Shown piece after piece: positions 9,751 to 19,363 of a stretch of DNA of 64,000 nucleotides. Each line of letters opens with the position of its first letter. The first letter of the stretch is position 1. The DNA is taken from the NCBI GenBank assembly GCA_051532035.1, contig JAOPTW010000014.1, positions 133,470 to 197,469 of the forward strand, in the 5' to 3' direction. This DNA is from Fibrobacterales bacterium. Lineage in GTDB: Bacteria; Fibrobacterota; Fibrobacteria; Fibrobacterales; JAOPTW01. The translations under genes were made by a program, and so were the position numbers. Under the pieces are notes generated by a model. It saw nothing but the letters and a program-made list of their open reading frames with translations. It was not told the origin of the DNA and ran no database searches.

Positions 9751-11226
9751 TCAATAGGACCAGACATATTCAAGTCCGAGCTTTACCATGGATTGAGCAC
9801 TTGAAATTGAAGAGAGATAGCTATCCTCAACATAAGCACTAATCTCTTCATCAATGTCATCATATCCTTCTGGACTATATTCTAATACCGAAGTTGTTGA
9901 ATACTTACCAAAAAGGGTTAGAGTGTGGTGTTCATTAAAAATCCAACTGAGATAAATATTACAAAAGAGTTTTGTATATCCCTGTTTATGTGAACTCGTA
10001 TGTACTTTGTTATTTACTTCTACACTGTCTTCCACCGTTTCTAGCACAGAATCAATACTCAATGTGTCTTTATTCTGTTCATTCAACAAATTTAATCCTA
10101 AATGTTCATTCACATAAATGCCACCATATGTTCTGAGGTTGATTTCCTCACTAACATACCACCTAAAAGAAAGGGTTGTGTAAAGAGTTCTTTGGTCAGG
10201 ATAGTACTCAATGTTTTCTGATATATTCCCTTCATAGGTATATATGGCGAGAGTATCAATAACCGAACCCAATGTATCCACTACATAATCAGTATCTTCC
10301 CATGGTGAATTCTTTGCATGAGACTTCTGATAAGAGTGATAAAGAACCCCTGGTGTTACAGACATTGACCACTTACTCCCACGAAATGATAATCGAGAAT
10401 AGATTCGAGCCCCTTGCTCTTTTTGATAGTTATTATATTCACCTTGAACAAATATACCTGGAGTGAACCACCCAAGCCCTCTATAGCGATAGCCAAAAGA
10501 GAGGTCAAAAAAGTAGTTATAGTTATCACTATAAATTGCATCACTATTGCTATACTCATAACCACCACTTGGCATTACCTCAAATCCATTATAAGTAATA
10601 GAGTAGCGTGGCATAATCATCAAGCTTACACCAGTAGTAGTATCGCTATGACCCTGATCAATATCAGCGCTCAGTGAAAGTCCAAAATCATACTCAGCTC
10701 CACTCCCATACATTAGGTAATCCATATCAACCGCTAAGGAGTATGTCTGATCTATTTCTACATGATTAGTATTCCACTGCTCTCTATAAATATCAATGGT
10801 GTCACTGTCACTTGTATCAACGGAGAAAACATCATTTTTATAGACACTATTTTTACCGACTGCACTTGCGGTGATATCCAACAGAAGCATTGATTCGTTG
10901 GGGGTATATTCATCATCATTTAATGGTTGCTCTGATAGAACTGACTCTGCGCAAAGTTCAAGTGCTCGACTATTTACCTTTAGGTCATCAGAAAGCTCAA
11001 AAAGTTCGTAGTAATTCTGTAACTTCTCTCGTGCGTTACAGATGGCCTCTTGTTCAGAAGCTGATCCAACAATCTGTTCTAACAAAAGAATAGTTTCAGC
11101 AAAATTACCAGCAACCTCTTCTTCATCAGCCTTATCGAAAAGATACTGAATCGGATCATAGGTAAGAGCCCATGTAGAGCTATAGATTAAAAGAAGTAAA
11201 GCGAATGCTTGCATATATCTCATCAT
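9751..11226 (-). CDS. predicted outer-membrane beta-barrel protein with N-terminal TPR-like helices
   Basis: Signal peptide, helical N-terminal segment, then amphipathic strands ending KLGLEYVWSY (terminal aromatic residue). Confidence 0.6.
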   Translation of the reverse strand: MMRYMQAFALLLLIYSSTWALTYDPIQYLFDKADEEEVAGNFAETILLLEQIVGSASEQEAICNAREKLQNYYELFELSDDLKVNSRALELCAESVLSEQPLNDDEYTPNESMLLLDITASAVGKNSVYKNDVFSVDTSDSDTIDIYREQWNTNHVEIDQTYSLAVDMDYLMYGSGAEYDFGLSLSADIDQGHSDTTTGVSLMIMPRYSITYNGFEVMPSGGYEYSNSDAIYSDNYNYFFDLSFGYRYRGLGWFTPGIFVQGEYNNYQKEQGARIYSRLSFRGSKWSMSVTPGVLYHSYQKSHAKNSPWEDTDYVVDTLGSVIDTLAIYTYEGNISENIEYYPDQRTLYTTLSFRWYVSEEINLRTYGGIYVNEHLGLNLLNEQNKDTLSIDSVLETVEDSVEVNNKVHTSSHKQGYTKLFCNIYLSWIFNEHHTLTLFGKYSTTSVLEYSPEGYDDIDEEISAYVEDSYLSSISSAQSMVKLGLEYVWSY

Positions 11227-11237
11227 AGTACAAATAT

Positions 11238-11273
11238 AGAAAAACTCTGCAGCGCAATGCGCTACAGAGTTTT
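11238..11273 (-). terminator. intrinsic terminator after the repeat-protein gene
   Basis: Minus strand AAAACTCTGTAGCGC-ATT-GCGCTGCAGAGTTTTT. The one non-Watson-Crick pair is a G.U wobble only on the minus strand. Confidence 0.75.
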
Positions 11274-11294
11274 GTTTTTCCCTGGGGTTTTTAC

Positions 11295-12179
11295 TTATTT
11301 TTCAGTAGTAGGGCGCTCTTTCTTTTGTTTGCGCTCTTGATACTTAGCTTTAAGCTCTTCTTTCTGCTCATCAGTCATCTCGCGTTTCTCTTTGAGATCT
11401 TCATATTTGGCTTTAAGCTCTTCTTTCTGCTCATCGGTCATCTCACGTTTCTCTTTGAGATCTTCATATTTGGCTTTAAGCTCTTCTTTCTGCTCATCGG
11501 TCATCTCGCGTTTCTCTTTGAGACCTTCAATTTTTGATTTAAGCTCTTCTTTCTGTTCATCGGTCATCTCACGTCTCTCTTTGAGACCTTCAATTTTTGA
11601 TTTAAGCTCTTCTTTTTGCTCATCGGTCATCTCACGTTTCTCTTTAAGGCCTTCAAGCTTTGTTTTGATTTCCTCTTTTTTCTCTTCAGTCGCACCTTTA
11701 CGGAACTCTTTTCTTTCTTGTTTATTCTCTTTATAAAGATCTTTACGTTCTTTGCGGTTCTCTTTAATGAGATCTTTACGCTCTTCTTTGAACTCTTTTA
11801 GCGCCTCTTTAATTTCAGCTTTTTCTGCACCTGATTCACGGAGTTCTTCCAATTTGGCTTTAATTTCACCTTTAAGTGCTTTACGCTCTTCTTTATTCTC
11901 GGCATGAAGCTCTTTTCTTTCGGCTTTTTGCTCTTGACGCATTGCACGACGCTCTTCAAGTTTCGCTTTAAGTGCATCTTTCTCTTCTTCGGTCATATTT
12001 TCAAGCTTCTCTCGAAGTTGCTCACGAATTTTTTCGCCACGTTCTTTAAGTTGATCCGCTTTTTCCGCTCTCTCTTCAATTGCAGGAGAAGACACTTCAT
12101 CGGTCATGTCATCTTGTGCAAAAAGTGGTGTCCCAATAAGTGCGAGTGCTGTTATAGTTAATAATAATTGCTTTTTCAT
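11295..12179 (-). CDS. periplasmic charged coiled-coil protein with five 21-aa MTDEQ repeats (Spy/CpxP/ZraP LTxxQ-like)
   Basis: Sec signal MKKQLLLTITALALIGTPLFA; K/E/R-rich helix; KEKREMTDEQKEELK(S/A)K.. x5. Confidence 0.8.
   Translation of the reverse strand: MKKQLLLTITALALIGTPLFAQDDMTDEVSSPAIEERAEKADQLKERGEKIREQLREKLENMTEEEKDALKAKLEERRAMRQEQKAERKELHAENKEERKALKGEIKAKLEELRESGAEKAEIKEALKEFKEERKDLIKENRKERKDLYKENKQERKEFRKGATEEKKEEIKTKLEGLKEKREMTDEQKEELKSKIEGLKERREMTDEQKEELKSKIEGLKEKREMTDEQKEELKAKYEDLKEKREMTDEQKEELKAKYEDLKEKREMTDEQKEELKAKYQERKQKKERPTTEK
11331..11645. repeat. 63-bp coding tandem repeat, 5 copies
   Basis: CATCTC(G/A)CG recurs with 63-nt period (CAT at 11376, 11439, 11502, 11565, 11628). 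Confidence 0.9.
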
Positions 12180-12225
12180 GATATGCCTCTTATGTTGTCT
12201 TGTCGTTGCCTATACCTAAGTATAA

Positions 12226-12242
12226 CGCAAAATAGATGCCAA
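12226..12242 (-). promoter_or_regulatory. sigma54 (-24/-12) promoter
   Basis: Minus strand TTGGCATCTATTTTGCG: GG-N10-GC with TGGCA and TTGC consensus halves. It lies ~47 nt upstream of ATG 12179 and just downstream of a sigma54 activator gene. Confidence 0.85.
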
Positions 12243-12344
12243 CTTTAAAATGGTGATAACAGGCTATTTAAGCCAGTTTCTATCTATAAAAGTGGTACAA
12301 TCCCTCCCAGCGGGAGAATATGTTCCGAAAATAACTCAATACGA

Positions 12345-14111
12345 TTATTTAAATTGTGATTTGTCCAGTTCAAGTCGAGTCATCACATCACGTAATACTT
12401 TGCGATCAACCCCCAAAATTGAACCAGCTAAGGTCAGGTTCCCTTTTGCCTCTTTGAGAGCCATCTCAACAACCTGCCGTTCAGCACTTTCACGGGCCTC
12501 TTTAAGAGTCATTCTTTCATGACGCTCTGTCACAGTCAACCCAAGATCCTCTTCTTGAATAGTAGTGCCATCACATTGAATAAGGGCTTTTTGTACTCTA
12601 TTTTGCAATTCACGAACATTACCTGTCCAACGATGCTTCATGAGTGACTTTTCACCATTTTTACTCAATCGCACTCCTTGCATGCCATACTCTATTTGAT
12701 ACTTTTCTATAAGATGTTGCGCTATCAGAAGAATATCCTGACCACGCTCTCTCAGAGGTGGAAGTGTAAGCTGCATAACATTAATTCTAAAATAGAGATC
12801 TTCTCTAAATCGGTTTTCTGAAATGGCTTTTTCAAGATCGACATGAGTCGCTGAAAGAAGTCGAAATGAGACAGGAATTTCTTTGGATGACCCTACAGGG
12901 GTCACTTTCTTCTCTTGTAACACTCGAAGGAGTGTGACCTGAACATTGAGATCAAGTTCACCAATTTCATCTAAAAAGAGAGTACCGCTATCACACTCCT
13001 CAAAAATGCCCTTTTTATCTTCAATTGCGCCGGTAAAGGAGCCTTTGACATGGCCAAAAAGTTCAGATTCAATAAGGTTTGGTGGAATTGCACCACAATT
13101 CACCGCAATAAATTTTTGGTCTTTCATCTGAGAGTTATCATGAATAAAACGAGCAAGAACCTCTTTACCTGTCCCAGTCTCACCGTTAATAAGAACCGGT
13201 ACGGGTTTATTTGCAACTTTCTCGGCCATGGACAAAAGGCGTTTCATTACCTCAGAAGCATAAATTATATCACCCTTACGCTCAATCCCCTTAAGCTGTT
13301 CTATAGTCTCCTGTTGCTCATTTTTAACGAATAGTTCTGTCAATAATGTCACTACCATGCGAGTAAAAATATCAAAAAGCGCTACTTCGCTTTCAGAAAA
13401 CGACTCCTTACGCGCTTCACGTTGTACATAGAGATACCCATTGAGCTTATCTTGAACAGAAAATGGACTTACTAAAATACTTGTGAGCCCATGGGTGACA
13501 ATTGACTGAGAGAGGTCGCTCTCATCCATTGTAGAGTCTAAGCTCCACACTATTGATGTTCCAGATTCTTGTGCCTTTTGAATAGCTGATGAACTAATGG
13601 AAAGTGCGCTCCCTTCTGGATAGTTAAATTGATTTGCCTGATCTTCACCGTCTATAAAAAGGGTGCCATGATCGGCACTTATAAAATCACATGCAAGGGA
13701 GAGAAGTTTCGGCATGGTGAGTGCCAGATTATTTTGCTGTAACACGCCTTCGATAAGTGCTGCAACAGTATTAACCATTTCGATAGAGCTCGTACTACGA
13801 AGCGACTTTTTATCAGAGGCTACAATTGCTGGGGATGCTAAGGAAAACTGATACGCTGCATCTCCATAGGAGATAAGGTCTCCCTCTTTTAGTCTTGCAG
13901 CATCCAGAGCGACACCATTAATGCAGAGCTCCTGGGACCCCAGCTTAACAATAGTGATTGTACTTTTTCCCATCTGAAATTGTAATGCAAGGGGATCGAC
14001 CAATCGTGAATCAGCTTCATCAGCAGTTGCATCAGAGCCGAGGGTGAATATTGGGTTTTTTACAACAAAAAAACGTTCTCCATCCTTCTCTGTCAGTGTA
14101 TAGCTAGTCAT
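12345..14111 (-). CDS. sigma54 enhancer-binding protein: FHA-like + GAF + AAA+ + Fis HTH
   Basis: Walker A GETGTGKE, AVNCGAIP, ESELFGH, GSFTGA, LFLDEIGE, FREDLYFRIN, WTGNVREL, HTH GNLTLAGSILGVDR. N-terminus INGV..LKEGDLI is FHA-like; GYLYV is GAF-like. Confidence 0.92.
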   Translation of the reverse strand: MTSYTLTEKDGERFFVVKNPIFTLGSDATADEADSRLVDPLALQFQMGKSTITIVKLGSQELCINGVALDAARLKEGDLISYGDAAYQFSLASPAIVASDKKSLRSTSSIEMVNTVAALIEGVLQQNNLALTMPKLLSLACDFISADHGTLFIDGEDQANQFNYPEGSALSISSSAIQKAQESGTSIVWSLDSTMDESDLSQSIVTHGLTSILVSPFSVQDKLNGYLYVQREARKESFSESEVALFDIFTRMVVTLLTELFVKNEQQETIEQLKGIERKGDIIYASEVMKRLLSMAEKVANKPVPVLINGETGTGKEVLARFIHDNSQMKDQKFIAVNCGAIPPNLIESELFGHVKGSFTGAIEDKKGIFEECDSGTLFLDEIGELDLNVQVTLLRVLQEKKVTPVGSSKEIPVSFRLLSATHVDLEKAISENRFREDLYFRINVMQLTLPPLRERGQDILLIAQHLIEKYQIEYGMQGVRLSKNGEKSLMKHRWTGNVRELQNRVQKALIQCDGTTIQEEDLGLTVTERHERMTLKEARESAERQVVEMALKEAKGNLTLAGSILGVDRKVLRDVMTRLELDKSQFK

Positions 14112-15408
14112 TCTGTCCCTCTGGTATTTGATTTAAATCGGATATACTATCACGTAACGTTCGTTTGATTGTATCGAGAGAGTCTTCTTTACGAGGGATA
14201 TTCAGCTCTGGCATAGTACCCTTTTTGGCATTAAAGCGTTTTTCGAATTGAGATTGATCCAAACCTGTTTCTTTCTTACTCGGCTGAACAAGAGGTGCAT
14301 CATTGAGATATATTAATACCCCAACACCTACTATAATGAACAGTATTGATACAACGATTAGCCGCCCAATGTTAGCAGTACTTGAATTCTGAGTACCGCC
14401 CTTAGCATGATTGATCTGTTGATTAACCTTCTGACTTATATCAATTAACTGGGAAACAATTGCGCTATTATGTGGTTCCTCCTGGACCAAGGTTTTCAAA
14501 AGTTGATGTGCATCACTATAACTACTCTTGTTCTGTAATACTGCAATCTGTTTTTGATAGCAATCAACCCTCACCTTTTGATACATAGATGTTATAGAAT
14601 GTTTGAGATTTGCCCTATCACTCGCCACAACAGCAAAGTCTAACTGCCCTTGAAAATGAGCTTTCAATATTTCAAGGTGCTCTAATAATTCTTCTGTATC
14701 GTCAAAACGGATATCATTATTTGACTCTAAACTTTTTTCAAAAATGGTATGCCACCACTTTGCTACACCACTGGTATCTCGTTGGTCATTTACAATGGCA
14801 TCAACAATATGTTCGAATGAGTCTTGTGAATAGAGATGACTCCCGGTGAGCATATGATAGAGGAGTGCCCCCAGAGAATAGATGTCACTTTGTACCGTAA
14901 GAGTTTTTTCTTGAATCTGCTCTGGCGATAAATAACGAGGACTCCCTTGTATTCCCGATACTGAAGTGCCAATCTTCTCGACCATTCCAAAATCTACAAT
15001 GATTGGCTTTAGGGAATGGGAGATCATTATATTTCCCGGCTTGAGGTCACAGTGCAGATATCCCTGGGAGTGAAGATACTGCACCCCTTCTACAATATGA
15101 ATAAAAATATCCAATGCGACAGACTCAGGCAATTTACCAATTTGAGCGAGTGAGACCCCCGGCACCTTTTCTACTACAATAAAATAAGACCCTTCTTCTT
15201 CACCAAAATCAAATACTCGTTGAATATTGGGGTGATTCAAGGGTGCAAGTACCTCCGCTTCCATCTTGAAGCGGGTATGATTGCCATGACTATTCTCTTT
15301 GAGTACGACAGTTCTATTGAGAGAATCTTGTTGTGCATCATATACGACAGACTCCGAACCTCTATAGATTGGTACCCATTGAGTAAAATCGGAACGGTGA
15401 AACGGCAC
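14104..15408 (-). CDS. membrane-anchored Hanks-type Ser/Thr protein kinase
   Basis: VVLKE, HPNI, HCDLKPGN, DFG, GSPRYLSPE, SDIYSLG; one TM helix (LIVVSILFIIVGVGVLIYL) near the C-terminus. Likely GTG start at 15408 after a purine-rich RBS. Overlaps the activator start by 8 nt. Confidence 0.9.
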   Translation of the reverse strand: MPFHRSDFTQWVPIYRGSESVVYDAQQDSLNRTVVLKENSHGNHTRFKMEAEVLAPLNHPNIQRVFDFGEEEGSYFIVVEKVPGVSLAQIGKLPESVALDIFIHIVEGVQYLHSQGYLHCDLKPGNIMISHSLKPIIVDFGMVEKIGTSVSGIQGSPRYLSPEQIQEKTLTVQSDIYSLGALLYHMLTGSHLYSQDSFEHIVDAIVNDQRDTSGVAKWWHTIFEKSLESNNDIRFDDTEELLEHLEILKAHFQGQLDFAVVASDRANLKHSITSMYQKVRVDCYQKQIAVLQNKSSYSDAHQLLKTLVQEEPHNSAIVSQLIDISQKVNQQINHAKGGTQNSSTANIGRLIVVSILFIIVGVGVLIYLNDAPLVQPSKKETGLDQSQFEKRFNAKKGTMPELNIPRKEDSLDTIKRTLRDSISDLNQIPEGQND

Positions 15409-15410
15409 TG

Positions 15411-16118
15411 TTATTCTTCCCCTAAGGTTAAAAGAATGAGCTCGTCGTGAGCAATTTGAACCCATTTTTGAAGGTATGGGTCACTGGGTGCAATCTCAAT
15501 GCCGAGAGACCAAGTAATATATGCTTCTTCAACATCACCTTTTGCCCAGTAGTGATTCCCTAAATTAATATACGCCGAAATATACTGAGGGTGCTGATTT
15601 AATAATTCAGTAAAAAGAGCAATAGTCTGCTCACTCTTGTCCAGCTTTGAACAGGTGAGTGCTAGTATGTTTTTCACTTCGATACTCTTACTATTGAGGG
15701 CATGTGCAGCGCTTAAATACCGTTCTGCCTTACCATACTTTTTATCAGAATAGAGTCCATAACCCTTTGTATATAACACTCCAATTAAGGAGTCCCTCTT
15801 CTGAAGTGGAAGCGCTACTCGAGCTGCAATAATTGATTCTCTCACTAACCGGTCTAAATAGTATGCTTGTTTTTTAGGATGAAAAAGATAGAGTGTGCCT
15901 GATCCAATGAGTGATTCGATGTATTCTAACCGGAGTTGACCATTAAGAGGGTCACTATCCAATGCCTTTGAAAAAAGCCTTTCGGCACGGGGGTAATCTT
16001 CTATTTCTAGTGAATGACGCGCATCAGATTCAACCTTACTACATCCAAATGCAATAAGTCCCACTAGCAACAGGGGTACAATTGGCTTCAATACAATGTT
16101 ACTCAGCATAGTGTACAT
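15411..16118 (-). CDS. TPR-repeat lipoprotein
   Basis: Lipobox IAFGC; TPR-like motifs AERLFSKALDSDP and AYINLGNHYWAKGDVEEAY..GIEIAP. Start is 16118 or 16109. Confidence 0.8.
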   Translation of the reverse strand: MYTMLSNIVLKPIVPLLLVGLIAFGCSKVESDARHSLEIEDYPRAERLFSKALDSDPLNGQLRLEYIESLIGSGTLYLFHPKKQAYYLDRLVRESIIAARVALPLQKRDSLIGVLYTKGYGLYSDKKYGKAERYLSAAHALNSKSIEVKNILALTCSKLDKSEQTIALFTELLNQHPQYISAYINLGNHYWAKGDVEEAYITWSLGIEIAPSDPYLQKWVQIAHDELILLTLGEE

Positions 16119-16336
16119 TCGTTTCCCTATATCCCTCATTAAAAAGCTGTCAGTTTCTTTATAATCTAACAAACTATACTTAAATGAATCTGCACTGTTA
16201 ACCCAATGAGCATTTTTGCGCTCTCCAATGGAGAGCTACAACGATGTAATTTGGTAATTTATTCCCATTTTTTACCACCACAGACTAACTATTATAAACT
16301 ATTCTTTATAGAAACAACCAACATGGAATAAATCTC

Positions 16337-17053
16337 ATGAAAAAATTTATTGTACCATCACTCTTCGTATTGCTGCTATCAACCTTGTCAGCCCACGCAC
16401 TTATTGGTGGACTCGGTTTTCACTATGCGCCAAATCTTCTTGGTGGAGTTGATGCATCCACAGAATCAATCGCTGGTCTAAATGTAGAACGAGCAGAAGC
16501 ACTCGGTATGCAAGGTATTGGTGCAAAACTTTGGATTGACATTCTTCCCATAATAGATGTAGAAGCAACGGGTAATATGCAGTTTACAGAATATGACCTT
16601 ACTATAGGGAGCACATCTATTGAAGCTGAGACAGGACTTCCTCTTTTTGATGCAGCAAAACCAATGTTTGCTCTTGTAAGAGCAGACCTCACGATTACCT
16701 ATCCTTTTCTTTCTATCCCTGCACTTGTTAAGTTTTATGTAGGGGGTGGTTACACACACACTTTTTCTCCAAAGCTCATTAACAAAGATTTTTTGGTTGA
16801 TGTATCTAACCCAGAAGCCAACCCTTCACTCCTAAAGAATGAAGCTGAAATTGTAAGTGATGCAACTAAAGCATTTAAAGATGAAGGTTTTAACTCAGGC
16901 GTTGGCGGTCACATAATCCTTGGTGCCCGTACACAACTCCCTATCATACCTCTTGCAGCCTATCTCAATGCCAAATATCACATTGGTGGCGGCATGGATG
17001 ACGGCGCAAAAAGTGGAATCACTATCGAAATCGGTGGTGGTCTCTCTCTCTAA
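16337..17053 (+). CDS. outer-membrane beta-barrel protein, function unknown
   Basis: Signal peptide; Gly-rich amphipathic strands (FYVGGG, GGHIILGAR, ITIEIGGGLSL). Confidence 0.65.
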   Translation: MKKFIVPSLFVLLLSTLSAHALIGGLGFHYAPNLLGGVDASTESIAGLNVERAEALGMQGIGAKLWIDILPIIDVEATGNMQFTEYDLTIGSTSIEAETGLPLFDAAKPMFALVRADLTITYPFLSIPALVKFYVGGGYTHTFSPKLINKDFLVDVSNPEANPSLLKNEAEIVSDATKAFKDEGFNSGVGGHIILGARTQLPIIPLAAYLNAKYHIGGGMDDGAKSGITIEIGGGLSL

Positions 17054-17075
17054 CGATTTTTAGAGACAATTTCTT

Positions 17076-17106
17076 AAGGGTGTTCTTTTTAGAACACCCT
17101 TTTTTT
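17076..17106 (+). terminator. intrinsic terminator
   Basis: AAGGGTGTTCT-loop-AGAACACCCTT followed by a T run. Confidence 0.85.
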
Positions 17107-17241
17107 GTCTTCTGTGGTAGCTTTATCCCTCTCTGCCCCCTCAAGCAGCTATTACCGATTATTAAGGATTTATTCACTGTTTAAGGCTTAATTTTGCTAA
17201 TTTTAGCCCTAATAGACTTCAAACAGAGCGTAATAGCCCTC

Positions 17242-18600
17242 ATGATATCAGAACCAGTTTCATTAATAGAGCCGGAAAATCCACTTCCTGACCATACAAT
17301 CGCCATGCTCAGTGAGCCTACGCAACAATCACTTATAGAACAGAAATGGGACGATCTTTTTCCTGTACAGAAAAAAGCAATACCATATATGCTTGCAGGT
17401 CGAGATATGCTTATCCAATCTCAGACTGGCTCTGGAAAAACAGGTGCATTTGTCATCCCCCTCGTTGAGCTTATTGTTACTGACCACAACTTCCCACAGG
17501 CCCTCATCATGGTTCCTACACGGGAGCTTGCTGTACAGGTTGAAGTAGAGGTTCAAAGAATCGGTAAAGGTCGTGGTGTTAAATCTGTCTGTATTTATGG
17601 CGGTGTCCCATACGACAAACAAGTGAAACTTCTTAAAGAAGGTGCCCATATTGTTGTTGCAACTCCTGGACGTCTTCTTGACTTGTTAGAGAAAAAAGTT
17701 TTTGACTTTCTTTCACTTCGTGACCTTATTATGGATGAAGCTGATGAGATGCTCTCTATGGGGTTTTATCCCGACATGAGAAAGCTTAAGTCTTACTTCC
17801 CTAAACAACGCTGTACCACACTCTTTTCAGCAACAATACCTAATGGTGTTAAATACCTTGCTAAAGAGTTTCAAAGCCCTAATGCCGACTTCCTCTGCTT
17901 AAGCTACGAGAAAATGTCTACGGACTTTCTTGAACATGACTACTACATTGTACCACAACTCGATAAAGATAATTTTGTTATCAAACTTCTTGAATACGAA
18001 AATCCTGAGTCGTGTATTGTTTTTTGTAATCAAAAGAAAGATGTGCACTACCTCGAACAGTACCTCGATAGCTATGGATTTACTATTGGCGCACTCAGTA
18101 GTGATGTAACCCAGAATAATCGTCAAAAAATATTAAAGCAGTTTAGAAGTCAAGAACTTAAAGTACTTATTGCAACAGATGTTGCTGCACGTGGTATTGA
18201 TATTTCTCATGTGAGCCATGTTATTATTCATGATCATCCTGACAACAACGAAGTATATATTCACCGTTCTGGTAGAACTGCACGTGCGGGTAACACAGGT
18301 AAATCGATATCACTCGTAACCCAACTCGAAGAACTTGAACTACTCAAAACTGAAAAACAGTTTGGCCTTAACTTTATCAAAAAGGATATTGCTGTTCTTG
18401 AAGAGCTTGAAGGTCGCGTAAGAGAACGTGTAAGAAATTTTCTTGCATCAGAGAAACGTTCAATACGTCAAAGTCAGAAAAAACGCCTTGGCCGCTACCT
18501 CCCCCTTATTGAAGAAATGCTTCAAAACGAAGATGAGAAAGAGGTACTTGCGTATCTCCTTGATACTTTTTATTGGAAGAGAGTAAACAACAAAGATTAG
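17242..18600 (+). CDS. DEAD-box RNA helicase
   Basis: QTGSGKT, PTRELA, ATPGRL, DEAD, SAT, ARGID, HRSGRTAR motifs. Confidence 0.95.
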   Translation: MISEPVSLIEPENPLPDHTIAMLSEPTQQSLIEQKWDDLFPVQKKAIPYMLAGRDMLIQSQTGSGKTGAFVIPLVELIVTDHNFPQALIMVPTRELAVQVEVEVQRIGKGRGVKSVCIYGGVPYDKQVKLLKEGAHIVVATPGRLLDLLEKKVFDFLSLRDLIMDEADEMLSMGFYPDMRKLKSYFPKQRCTTLFSATIPNGVKYLAKEFQSPNADFLCLSYEKMSTDFLEHDYYIVPQLDKDNFVIKLLEYENPESCIVFCNQKKDVHYLEQYLDSYGFTIGALSSDVTQNNRQKILKQFRSQELKVLIATDVAARGIDISHVSHVIIHDHPDNNEVYIHRSGRTARAGNTGKSISLVTQLEELELLKTEKQFGLNFIKKDIAVLEELEGRVRERVRNFLASEKRSIRQSQKKRLGRYLPLIEEMLQNEDEKEVLAYLLDTFYWKRVNNKD

Positions 18601-18601
18601 T

Positions 18602-19363
18602 ATGATACGTATTAAAAATAAATTAGAAATTGAACGCATTAGAGAAGCAAGTCACCTTGCAGCAAAAACACTCTACCTCGCAGGAAAAATGGCCCTTCCG
18701 GGTACACGACTCCTCGACATTGATGCGTTTGTACACGACTATACCATTGAGAATGATGCAATTCCTGCTCCCTTAAACTATCACGGATTTCCAAAATCAG
18801 TGTGTCTTTCGGTAAATGATTGCGTCACTCATGGAATCCCTAGTGATTACGTGTTACAGGATGGTGACATCGTCAATATTGATGTCACTTCTATTCTCAA
18901 CGGGTATCACGGAGACACCTCAAAGACCTACTTGGTTGGCGATGTTACCGATGAAACTCGTGATTTAGTCAAAGCTGCACATACTGCAATGTGGGAAGGA
19001 ATTAACGCGGTTAAAGAGCGCGCTCATTTCGGAGATATTGGTACTGCAATCCAAGGATATTGCGATGGACTTGGATACAGTGTTGTACGTGATTACTGTG
19101 GCCACGGTATCGGTCGCCAATTTCACGAAGACCCTCTTGTACTGCACTATCACTCTCGTCAGAAGAGCCCCAAAATTCAAAAGGGTATGGTTTTTACCAT
19201 TGAGCCAATGATCAATATTGGAGGCTTTAAGGTCAAAACCCTTGAAGATGGTTGGACAGTTCTCACGGCAGACGGATCACTCTCAGCACAGTTTGAACAT
19301 ACGTTGGTTCTGACAGACAATGGGGTTGAAGTACTTACTGATGTCGCTTTTGACGATGCATAA
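18602..19363 (+). CDS. map: methionine aminopeptidase type I
   Basis: GFPKSVCLSVN, HGIP, DIVNIDV, GDTS, GHGIG, FTIEPMIN, SAQFEHT. Confidence 0.97.
   Translation: MIRIKNKLEIERIREASHLAAKTLYLAGKMALPGTRLLDIDAFVHDYTIENDAIPAPLNYHGFPKSVCLSVNDCVTHGIPSDYVLQDGDIVNIDVTSILNGYHGDTSKTYLVGDVTDETRDLVKAAHTAMWEGINAVKERAHFGDIGTAIQGYCDGLGYSVVRDYCGHGIGRQFHEDPLVLHYHSRQKSPKIQKGMVFTIEPMINIGGFKVKTLEDGWTVLTADGSLSAQFEHTLVLTDNGVEVLTDVAFDDA

Noticed and set aside
11331..11645. 63-bp periodic repeat as a CRISPR array
   Set aside because: No unique spacers, in-frame coding repeat, and no cas genes.
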